A stretch of 64,000 nucleotides of DNA from a virus. The stretch spans positions 32,001-96,000 of IMG/VR virus record IMGVR_UViG_3300021560_000013. One strand, given 5' to 3'. How positions within the stretch are numbered: the stretch's first letter is position 1; each line of letters opens with the position of its first letter. The position numbers were made by a program, and so were the translations under genes. Under the pieces are notes generated by a model. That model had not been told where the DNA came from, made no database searches, and worked only from the letters and a program-made list of their open reading frames with translations. This document shows positions 45,191 to 53,374 of the stretch, piece by piece.

Positions 45191-45835
45191 ATGGCCCGAG
45201 TGACCTACGTCAAGGCGGCGAAGGGCCGCAAGGACGGACGACCGCGCCGGTGCAGCCGGTGCGGCAACGAGATCAAGCCGGGGGAGTCGTACTCCTGGTT
45301 CGCGAACCGGATTGGCCGGTCGAGCATCCGCAAGGACTTCTGCTCGAACTGCCGGATCCGCGAGTCGGACAAGACCACGAGCCCGCACATGCAGACGATC
45401 TACGCCGGGCAGGAGGCCGCTGAGGACACGCTCGGCCAGGCCGACCTGACCCTGGCCGACATCGCGGAGGCCGTGCGCGGCTACGCCGAGGCCCTGAAGG
45501 AGGCCAGCGAGAGCTACGGCGAGAGCGCCGACAACATGGAGGACGGCTTCGGCCACGAGACCGAGATGTCCGCCGCGATCCGCGAGAAGGCCGAGTCGTG
45601 CGAGAGCACGGCGGACACGGTCGAGTCGGCAGCCGACGACATCGAGTCGATGGACGATCCGGATGCCGACGCCGCCGAGTTCCAGGACGACTACGAGGGC
45701 GACTGGGACGACGAGAAGGACGAGGCTGTGGACACCGAGGAGTGGGAGCAGCACGTCGAGGCTAAGCGCGAGGAGCGCCGCGAAGCCGCCATCGACGCCG
45801 CCAACGAAGCGCTCGGGGAGTGGCCGGACCTATGA
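45191..45835 (+). CDS. Zn-ribbon plus very acidic helical protein
   Basis: CSRC..EIKPGE.Y...CSNC; D/E-rich C-terminus. Confidence 0.7.
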   Translation: MARVTYVKAAKGRKDGRPRRCSRCGNEIKPGESYSWFANRIGRSSIRKDFCSNCRIRESDKTTSPHMQTIYAGQEAAEDTLGQADLTLADIAEAVRGYAEALKEASESYGESADNMEDGFGHETEMSAAIREKAESCESTADTVESAADDIESMDDPDADAAEFQDDYEGDWDDEKDEAVDTEEWEQHVEAKREERREAAIDAANEALGEWPDL

Positions 45836-46410
45836 CCAGAGGAGCACAGAGCACCCTCGCCAACGAGGAGTTGACCGAGGCCGTCGTGGAGTACGTGCAG
45901 ACGGCGGCGAAGGCGGCGCTGGCTGGCGAGAGGGTCGCGGGCATCCGCGAGGATGGCTACGTCGAGGCGTACGCCATCGGTGCCAACCTGATCGACCGGG
46001 GCATCCTTACGCACGAGCACCTGCAATCGTCTTCTTCCTCCTGGAAGGACGACGCGCGCAAGTCGATCGACGGCAAGGTCAAGCGCCTGCTCGACGCCGA
46101 AGCCGCCAAGCCGGACGCGCGGATTCTGCGCTTCTCCTCTCGGACGGACGAAGCGCCGTTCAAGCTCGACGGGTACTCGCGCAACTATTACGGCCAGAGC
46201 GTCCTGTACGGCACGCCCGAGTTGGTCGAGGCCGGACGGCAGGCATTCGAGGCCCGGATCGCGCGGGAGCACGCCGAGACCGAGGCGATGGACGCCATGC
46301 TCGCGCGAGCGGCAGCGGCGAACTGGCCCGAGCCGGACAAGCACACCCGGCTGAGCGTGACCTACAGCGCCGACGCGCTGTTCGAGATCCTGGAGCGCAT
46401 GGGCGCTTAG
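45832..46410 (+). CDS. Hypothetical protein
   Basis: ATGA coupling. Confidence 0.65.
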   Translation: MTRGAQSTLANEELTEAVVEYVQTAAKAALAGERVAGIREDGYVEAYAIGANLIDRGILTHEHLQSSSSSWKDDARKSIDGKVKRLLDAEAAKPDARILRFSSRTDEAPFKLDGYSRNYYGQSVLYGTPELVEAGRQAFEARIAREHAETEAMDAMLARAAAANWPEPDKHTRLSVTYSADALFEILERMGA

Positions 46411-46430
46411 CGCACGACGCGTGCTACGCT
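46408..46430 (+). promoter_or_regulatory. Palindrome + -10 TACGCT
   Basis: TAGCGCACGACGCGTGCTA-CGCT. Confidence 0.7.
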
Positions 46431-46440
46431 GAGGAGGCAC

Positions 46441-46635
46441 ATGAAGCACTTTCCGATCCAACCGATCCGGCGCATAGCGGTCACCCGTGAGGAAGCCGCC
46501 GACATGCGCGAGGCGCACGCCGAGGGCTGGCACACGCTGCCCGAGGGCCTGCCGCGCGACGGCTGCCCTGACTGCATGGGGCGACCGCTGCGCACCTACC
46601 CGACCGCCGCGAGCCTGGAGCGACGCAATGCGTGA
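46441..46635 (+). CDS. Small hypothetical protein (H...H...CxxC)
   Basis: GAGGAGG RBS. Confidence 0.55.
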   Translation: MKHFPIQPIRRIAVTREEAADMREAHAEGWHTLPEGLPRDGCPDCMGRPLRTYPTAASLERRNA

Positions 46636-46834
46636 GCACATCCTCCAGAGCCACATCGGCACCGACGGGAACGAGTACGGCTCGCACGCCTGGTGCGGGC
46701 TGCTCGTGCGCGGGCGGCGACCGAATATCAGCCCGGACGACTACCAGGACCGCGTCGCCAAGAACGTGACCGGCAACGTCTGCCGCAACTGCATCTCGGC
46801 CCTGGAGAAGGGCGTACCGAGGGTGGCGCACTGA
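46628..46834 (+). CDS. Small zinc-binding hypothetical protein
   Basis: H...WCG...CRNC. Confidence 0.5.
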   Translation: MREHILQSHIGTDGNEYGSHAWCGLLVRGRRPNISPDDYQDRVAKNVTGNVCRNCISALEKGVPRVAH

Positions 46835-47853
46835 TGGCGAAGATCGCTTACGAGGACAAGAGGTTCAGCGCCGGGTCGCTTGAGACGATCGCCCAGGCGA
46901 ACGAGATCCTGGAGGAGTACGAGAAGCTGGGCTACGACCTGACGCTGCGGCAGTTGTACTACCAGTTCGTCGCCAGGGACCTGATCCCGAACACTGAGCG
47001 CAGCTACAAGCGGCTCGGCTCGATCGTCAACGACGCGCGCATGGCCGGGTACATCGACTGGGACCTGCTGGTGGATCGCACCCGCAACGTCCGCTCAGTC
47101 CCGCACTGGGACGACCCGGCGGACATCATCGAGGCGACCGCCCGGAGCTTCAAGGTGGATCGCTGGGACAAGCAGAACGACTACGTGGAGGTGTGGATCG
47201 AGAAGGACGCGCTCGTCGGCGTGATCGCCGGAATCTCGACCCGGCTCGACGTGCCGTACTTCGCCTGCCGGGGCTACAACAGCCAGAGCGAGCAGTGGCG
47301 CGCCGCGCAGCGGCTGCTCCAGCGGGTGATCGACGGCAAGAACGTCACGATCATCCACCTGGGCGACCACGACCCGTCGGGGATTGACATGACCCGCGAC
47401 AACGACGACCGGCTGAAGCTGTTCGTCCGCCAGGACTACCTGCGCCACAAGGTCGGGGAGCTTGAGCACTGGGACACGCTCAGCGACGCGAACCAGGACG
47501 CGACACTGCGCCAGTGGCTGCGCGAGATGCCCACCGTCGAGGTGCGCCGGATCGCGCTGAACATGGACCAGATCAACCAGTACAACCCGCCGCCGAACCC
47601 GGCGAAGATGTCCGACAGCCGGGCGCACGGGTACGTCGAGGAGTACGGCTACGAGTCCTGGGAGCTTGACGCGCTCCCGCCGGACGTGCTGGAGAACCTG
47701 GTCCGCGACAACGTGGAGAGCCTGATCGACGTGCCCGCGTGGGACGCCGAGGAGCAGCGCGAGCACGACGGCCAGCGGTTGCTGCGGCTCGCGAGCGAAC
47801 GCTGGGACGAGATCGTGGAGAGCCTGAACGGAGACAACCCCGAGGAGGACTGA
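46834..47853 (+). CDS. Topoisomerase VI-A/Spo11-like TOPRIM protein
   Basis: TLRQLYY (winged helix with Tyr); VWIEKDAL; RGY; LGDHDPSG; WELDAL. Confidence 0.7.
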   Translation: MAKIAYEDKRFSAGSLETIAQANEILEEYEKLGYDLTLRQLYYQFVARDLIPNTERSYKRLGSIVNDARMAGYIDWDLLVDRTRNVRSVPHWDDPADIIEATARSFKVDRWDKQNDYVEVWIEKDALVGVIAGISTRLDVPYFACRGYNSQSEQWRAAQRLLQRVIDGKNVTIIHLGDHDPSGIDMTRDNDDRLKLFVRQDYLRHKVGELEHWDTLSDANQDATLRQWLREMPTVEVRRIALNMDQINQYNPPPNPAKMSDSRAHGYVEEYGYESWELDALPPDVLENLVRDNVESLIDVPAWDAEEQREHDGQRLLRLASERWDEIVESLNGDNPEED

Positions 47854-48326
47854 TGTCCGGCTTCACCCTGAACAGCGTCACGCTGTCCGGCACCCTGACG
47901 CGCGATCCAGACGTGCGCACCACGCCCGGCGGCACCGAGGTGTGCAAGCTGCGGATCGCGGTCAACGGGCGCAAGAAGAACAACTCGACCGGCGAGTGGG
48001 AGGACGTGCCGAACTTCTTCAACGTCACCCTGTTCGGCGGGCTCGGCGCATGGCTCGGGAACAACATCAAGAAGGGCCAGGACATCGCCGTGCTGGGCGA
48101 GCTTCGCTGGCACGAGTGGACGACCGACGACGGCGGCAAGCGCGAGGCCGTCGAGGTGATCGCCAACTCGATCATGCCGCGCGGCAAGAGCAACGGCGGC
48201 GGCAGCAGTAGCAGTTCGAGCTACGACGACTCCGACATCCCCGCCGACACGTCCGGCCTGCCGCCGGTGGGAGCCACCGCCAGCACTGCCGTGAACCCGG
48301 CAGACGATGACGACATCCCGTTCTGA
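47853..48326 (+). CDS. ssb: Single-stranded DNA-binding protein
   Basis: LNSVTLSGTLTRDP.VR.T..G; C-terminal DDDDIPF. Confidence 0.95.
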   Translation: MSGFTLNSVTLSGTLTRDPDVRTTPGGTEVCKLRIAVNGRKKNNSTGEWEDVPNFFNVTLFGGLGAWLGNNIKKGQDIAVLGELRWHEWTTDDGGKREAVEVIANSIMPRGKSNGGGSSSSSSYDDSDIPADTSGLPPVGATASTAVNPADDDDIPF

Positions 48327-48558
48327 GGAACCGCTGGGCGAGGTGCTCGCTCGCGTCCGCGACGAGCGCAGCACCTACGCCTACGGCGACTCGGGCGAGG
48401 CACAGGCCGACGGCCAGTACCTGGCGGACGCGGTCGAGGAGTTGATCGCCGCGCTGTGGGACGTGCGCGTCTACCAGGCGGGCGACGCGCAGCGCCAGCA
48501 GGACGTGGCCCGAGGCGTGTTCCAGCGCCATCCTGACTGGACGCCGGGCGACTGGTAG
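48307..48558 (+). CDS. Hypothetical protein
   Basis: Overlaps the ssb end; start uncertain. Confidence 0.5.
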   Translation: MTTSRSEEPLGEVLARVRDERSTYAYGDSGEAQADGQYLADAVEELIAALWDVRVYQAGDAQRQQDVARGVFQRHPDWTPGDW

Positions 48559-48742
48559 GACGGGCAGGGCCTGGGGCTCGGAGGGCCGCAGGCGGGCCGG
48601 GAGGAGCCCACAGAGCCCGTTTGAGGGACTAGGCCCGGCGGCGCTTACGCTCGCAGCGTGGGCGCAGTGCCGATCCTTCTGAGGAGGGCTGTCCTGGCGG
48701 CAGTAAGGTGCGTCGTATGGGCGATCCTGGAGTCAGCGCCGC

Positions 48743-49114
48743 GTGAGCCGCTTCGACAGGATTGTCGTCCCGCGCCCTGTCCAGCCACCGTGCCCCGCCG
48801 CGTCGCTCGTGGCCGAGGCCGAGGGCGGCACCGGCTGCGTCTGCAGGATCACGGCGAACCTGATAGCCAGCCAACAGAACCCTTCGACCCTCGCGAAGTA
48901 CTGCTTCTCCTCGGAGGGGTACCAGACCTGCCCGACGTGGCGCGCCGACCGCGACGAGTACCACCGCAGCAGGACGATCCGGGACCTGCTGACCAGGAAG
49001 GGCGACAGGGTGGCCGGTCACCCGGAGGACCGGGAGCGCAACCAGGGACTGGCGCTGGCGATCGAGGCCCAGGAGCGCGACGCATGGCAGTCGCAGCGAG
49101 ACCGCGAGAGCTAA
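48743..49114 (+). CDS. Cys-containing hypothetical protein
   Basis: Phage codon use; upstream of the portal. Confidence 0.55.
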   Translation: MSRFDRIVVPRPVQPPCPAASLVAEAEGGTGCVCRITANLIASQQNPSTLAKYCFSSEGYQTCPTWRADRDEYHRSRTIRDLLTRKGDRVAGHPEDRERNQGLALAIEAQERDAWQSQRDRES

Positions 49115-49278
49115 CCGCCGGTGAGTACCTGACGGATGGCAGCAAGGCGCTCCTGTACGTGCTCGAAGTGGATCCGCGCGGACGCGCGATGGTCGAGGAC
49201 GTGAGGACGCTGGAGGTGTACCGGATCAAGGTGACGGCGCTCGACGGCTGGCGGGTGGTGACTCCGGATGGCGCGTGA
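49084..49278 (+). CDS. Hypothetical protein
   Basis: AGGAG RBS; overlaps the portal start. Confidence 0.5.
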   Translation: MAVAARPRELTAGEYLTDGSKALLYVLEVDPRGRAMVEDVRTLEVYRIKVTALDGWRVVTPDGA

Positions 49279-51316
49279 CAACAGCGGCCTGATCGGGCGC
49301 GCCCGAGAGATCCTGGAGGAGCGCACCGGCAAGACGATCATCGACCAGGAGCACCTGAGCCTGCTGGAGGCCAGCGATGTCGAGCGCCGGGCGATGCAGA
49401 AGGAACTGGACCTGCTCGGCTGGTACGTGCTCGACTACATCGGCGGGCAGCCGCAGGAGGTGAAGGCGACCGAGCGCCGCAAGATGGCGGCGCAGGCGCG
49501 CATGGTCTGGGTGCAGGATCCGGTGGCCGGGGCGAACGTCGATCTCAGCTGCCAGTTCATCTTCGGACGTGGCGTCCCCAAACCGAAGGCGGCGGACGAC
49601 AAGGTCCAGGAAGTCATTGACGAGGCGTGGGACGACCCGGACAACAAGGCGACGCTGACCACGTTCCCGGCGCAGACGGCGCTCTGCACCGACCTGGTGC
49701 TCCAGTCGAACCTGTTCATCCTGTTCTTCGAGGGCGACGACGGCAAGGTCAAGCTCGGGATCCTCGACCACGACTCGGTGGAGGACGTGGTCCGCGACTC
49801 GAACAACCGGCTGCGCGTCCTGTACTACGTCGCGCGCCGCCGCGAGTACGGCTGGGACTACGTCATGGACCGGCCCGACATCAAGGCCCAGATGGCGCAG
49901 CAGGACCCGCGCAAGCCGCGCGTCATGTACTACCAGGCGCTCGCGGCGACCGACCCGGAGACCGGCGAGCTTGACTCCCAGGACGACGCCTGCCCGCCCG
50001 AGAAGCTGGGCGAGGGGCTCGTCTACCACATCGCGATCAACCGGGGCTCGGAGCAGATCTTCGGCATCCCGGCGATGCGCCGGATCGTGAAGTGGATGGC
50101 CGCGCTGAACGACTTCATGGCGGCGCGCGTGGACCTGACGCAGGCAGCTGCCGCGTTCATCATGCGCCGGACGGTGCAGGGCTCGCCGCAGCAGGTGGCG
50201 GCGATCGCGGCGAAGGCGATCTCGCGCCGGTCGGGCCTGGCGGCGACATCGGTGGACGACCCGACGATGGGCACCGTGCAGGCCGGGCCGAGGCCGGGCT
50301 CGATCCTGAACGAGAACCAGGGCGTCAAGACCGAGCCGTTCGCCGTGTCAACGCAGGCGGCGCAGGCGGCGCAGGACGCGCAGATGATCCGCTCGCAGAT
50401 CTCCTCCGCGACGTGGCCGCAGCACTACCTCGGGGACCAGAGCAACGCGAACCTGGCGACGGCCACCGCGCTGGAGCTTCCAGTAGTCAAGAAAGTAGAG
50501 GCGTACCAGGAACTGTTCGAGGGCCTGTTCCGCACGTTCATCGACCGGGCGATCCAGAACGCCGTGGACAACGGCACGCTGCCGACCGAACTGACCGATG
50601 AGGAGCGCGCCAAGCTCAAGGCGAAGAAGCCCGAGAACCAGACGCCGGGCTCGCCGCCGCCGGACGCGCCCGGCGCGCCGCTGCAGTCCGAGCCGCCCGC
50701 GTCGATGACAGACGTGCCGTCGCAGAACGGCTCGACGCAGCTGAGCGCAGGCTACGAGGGTCAGACCGAGGACGAGGAGGACACCGAGCGCGACCTGAGC
50801 TACGAGTTCGCGATGCCGTCGCCACTCAAGCGCCAGATGGCCGACCTGATCAACTCGATCGCGAACCTGGCGCGCACGTTCGACCCGAACAACACCAACC
50901 TCGAACTGAGCCGGACGCTGCTCGCTGTCGCGCTCGGCCAGGGCCTGGAGCTTGCCGATCCCGCAGCTGCCGTCGATCGGATCCTGCCCGAGGGCTACGT
51001 CGATCCGATGCTGGCCGCGCAGATGGGCGGCGGTGGCGGTGGATCGCCCGGCCAGGTCCCACCGCCGCCGCCGCTGATCCCGACCGGCGACACCGGCCCG
51101 AACATGTTCGGCCCCGGCGGACCGCCGCCCGGCGCAGGACCCGAGCCGAACCAGAACCCGTACGGCGCGCAGGGCTGGAGCAGCAACTACCAGGACAACC
51201 AGGGCCAGCCGATGTACCAGTCGCGCGACGAGGAGCTAGACGCGATCTGGGAGCAGGAGCTTGCCGAGGTGGTCGAGGGGTTCCTGACCGCAGCCGCCCA
51301 GAACGGGCGCGGCTAA
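49268..51316 (+). CDS. Portal protein
   Basis: Size; position before MuF; AR.VW..DPVA...FIFGRGV, FGIP, P.HYLGD..N.N.ATA motifs; Pro/Gly-rich tail. Confidence 0.8.
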   Translation: MARDNSGLIGRAREILEERTGKTIIDQEHLSLLEASDVERRAMQKELDLLGWYVLDYIGGQPQEVKATERRKMAAQARMVWVQDPVAGANVDLSCQFIFGRGVPKPKAADDKVQEVIDEAWDDPDNKATLTTFPAQTALCTDLVLQSNLFILFFEGDDGKVKLGILDHDSVEDVVRDSNNRLRVLYYVARRREYGWDYVMDRPDIKAQMAQQDPRKPRVMYYQALAATDPETGELDSQDDACPPEKLGEGLVYHIAINRGSEQIFGIPAMRRIVKWMAALNDFMAARVDLTQAAAAFIMRRTVQGSPQQVAAIAAKAISRRSGLAATSVDDPTMGTVQAGPRPGSILNENQGVKTEPFAVSTQAAQAAQDAQMIRSQISSATWPQHYLGDQSNANLATATALELPVVKKVEAYQELFEGLFRTFIDRAIQNAVDNGTLPTELTDEERAKLKAKKPENQTPGSPPPDAPGAPLQSEPPASMTDVPSQNGSTQLSAGYEGQTEDEEDTERDLSYEFAMPSPLKRQMADLINSIANLARTFDPNNTNLELSRTLLAVALGQGLELADPAAAVDRILPEGYVDPMLAAQMGGGGGGSPGQVPPPPPLIPTGDTGPNMFGPGGPPPGAGPEPNQNPYGAQGWSSNYQDNQGQPMYQSRDEELDAIWEQELAEVVEGFLTAAAQNGRG

Positions 51317-51364
51317 AGCTTCACCGCCAGCTGTCGATCACTCGTGTAAGAGCGTGGAGCAGCT

Positions 51365-51430
51365 AAGCGCGTAACGTGCGCTTGGCAAAGCACACGACGC
51401 GTGCTACTATCTAGCGCAAGACACGCGCTA
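51365..51430 (+). promoter_or_regulatory. Three tandem 19-bp palindromes around -10 TACTAT
   Basis: 51365-51383 AAGCGCGTAACGTGCGCTT; 51388-51406 AAGCACACGACGCGTGCTA; 51412-51430 TAGCGCAAGACACGCGCTA. Confidence 0.65.
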
Positions 51431-51465
51431 GGGGAGTGCGTGCTAACTAACACGAAAGGGGCAAG

Positions 51466-53253
51466 ATGCTACGACGCATCATGCTGGCGGTAGGGGCTAC
51501 TCTGCTCGCGATCGCCATCACAGTGCCGCTGGTCGCCTCCGGGCAGACCGGCACACCGTGGGTCAAGACTCACGGGAAGGGACGCGTAGTCAGCGTCAAG
51601 CGCAACCCGAAGCAGTGCGGGGAGCGGGGAGGCTGGCAGTTCAATCTCAGCGTGAAGCCGTGGAAGCTGATCGCGTGCAACGGAGCAAGGGGGCTGACCG
51701 GCGCTGCCGGTCCACAGGGTGCCAACGGTGCCGCTGGGGCTACTGGGGCCACCGGAGCTACTGGAAGCGCTGGAGCTACTGGTGCTCAGGGTCCGCGTGG
51801 GCTCACGGGGCTCCAGGGGATCCAGGGCCTCACGGGCGCGACCGGCCCGGCGGGTGCAAACGGCACTAACGGGACCAACGGCCCGAAGGGCGACACTGGC
51901 GCGAAGGGCGACCAGGGGCCGCAGGGTGTGCCGGGCGATCCCGGACAGCCTGGGTTCTCGGCCTACCAGCTGTGGCTGGCGGGGCCTGACGGCATCCTCC
52001 ACACCAGCGACGACAACGTCGGCTCGGTGGCGGACTTCATGCTGTCGCTAGTCGGGGACCGGGGACCGCAGGGTCCGGCTGGGCCGAATGGGCCGCAGGG
52101 TCCGCAAGGCAATCCCGGCGCTGCCGGTCAGAAGGGTGACACCGGACCGCAGGGTCCGAACGGACCGCAGGGTCCGACCGGGAACCCCGGCCACGATGGC
52201 GCTACTGGTCCTCAGGGGCCGAAGGGCGATCAGGGTCAGAAGGGGGACCAGGGCCTCACCGGCCAGAACGGTCCCCAGGGTCCGCAGGGTAACCCCGGTG
52301 CCGCTGGTCAGAAAGGTGACACTGGTGACCAGGGTCCGAAGGGTGACCAGGGCTCGAAGGGCGATCCTGGCGTGAAGGGCGACAAGGGCGATCCGGGCAC
52401 GAACGGTGCCAATGGTGCCGACGGCGCGAACGGCGTCGCGGGTGCCAACGGCAAGGACGGTCAGTCCGCGTTCGAGATCTGGGTCGCGCTCGGCGCTCCC
52501 GGCTACACCGGGACGGACGCCCCGAACCACGGCGACTTCATCGCCACGCTGAAGGGCGAGAAGGGTGACAAGGGTGCCACGGGTGACCAGGGCGCGAAGG
52601 GCGACCAGGGTGCCAACGGTGCCAAGGGCGACACCGGCGCTCAGGGTCCGGCGGGCTCGAACGGCGTCAACGGCCTCGACGGCAACAACGGGTCCAAGGG
52701 CCTGTCGGCCTGGGAGCTTTACCAGTCTCAGGGTGGCGTGCTCGACCTGGACAGCTGGCTGGCGTCGCTGCACGGCTCCAACGGCGCGAAGGGTGACACC
52801 GGCGCGCAGGGTCCGCAGGGCAACCCCGGCCACGACGGTGTGGACGGCAAGGACGGCGCTCCGGGTCAGACCGGCGCGACCGGCCAGCAGGGTGCTCCGG
52901 GTCAGCAGGGCAAGCAGGGTGACACCGGCGCGACCGGTGCCGACGGCGCTCAGGGACCGCAAGGCCCCAAGGGCGACCAGGGCGACCCCGGCGCGCAGGG
53001 TCCGAAGGGCGACAACGGTCCCCAGGGACCGCAGGGCAACCCTGGTGCCGCTGGTCAGAAGGGCGACACGGGTGCCACCGGCCCGCAGGGTCCGGCTGGT
53101 CCGCAAGGGCAGCCCGGCCACGACGCGGTGACCGCTTCGACGGTCGTCTGCATCGTCACCAACGGCGGGGGGAACAATCCCAAGCTCGCCATCGGTGCGA
53201 CCGCGTGTGCCGGACAGGCCACGATCACCCTGGCGGCTCCCGCCGGGTCGTAA
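51466..53253 (+). CDS. Secreted collagen-like protein (moron)
   Basis: Signal-peptide-like N-terminus; long Gly-X-Y tracts broken by three SA(Y/F/W)(Q/E)(L/I)(W/Y) motifs. Confidence 0.85.
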   Translation: MLRRIMLAVGATLLAIAITVPLVASGQTGTPWVKTHGKGRVVSVKRNPKQCGERGGWQFNLSVKPWKLIACNGARGLTGAAGPQGANGAAGATGATGATGSAGATGAQGPRGLTGLQGIQGLTGATGPAGANGTNGTNGPKGDTGAKGDQGPQGVPGDPGQPGFSAYQLWLAGPDGILHTSDDNVGSVADFMLSLVGDRGPQGPAGPNGPQGPQGNPGAAGQKGDTGPQGPNGPQGPTGNPGHDGATGPQGPKGDQGQKGDQGLTGQNGPQGPQGNPGAAGQKGDTGDQGPKGDQGSKGDPGVKGDKGDPGTNGANGADGANGVAGANGKDGQSAFEIWVALGAPGYTGTDAPNHGDFIATLKGEKGDKGATGDQGAKGDQGANGAKGDTGAQGPAGSNGVNGLDGNNGSKGLSAWELYQSQGGVLDLDSWLASLHGSNGAKGDTGAQGPQGNPGHDGVDGKDGAPGQTGATGQQGAPGQQGKQGDTGATGADGAQGPQGPKGDQGDPGAQGPKGDNGPQGPQGNPGAAGQKGDTGATGPQGPAGPQGQPGHDAVTASTVVCIVTNGGGNNPKLAIGATACAGQATITLAAPAGS

Positions 53254-53305
53254 CAAGCTCCGACAGGAGGGCTCCAGGGATGGGGCCAAGGAACAACGGG
53301 ACCGC

Positions 53306-53333
53306 GAGCCCCCGGCCATCAGGCCGGGGGCTC
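53306..53333 (+). terminator. Hairpin terminator after the collagen gene
   Basis: GAGCCCCCGGCC-ATCA-GGCCGGGGGCTC 12-bp stem. Confidence 0.65.
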
Positions 53334-53374
53334 CCGCTTGTGAGGGTACGGACGATCGCCCGTAGGCTTCAGAC

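Noticed and set aside
48574-48605. Similarity of GGGGCTCGGAGGG.CGCAG to 21738-21765
   Set aside because: Short, very GC-rich, only two copies and no shared context; probably chance.
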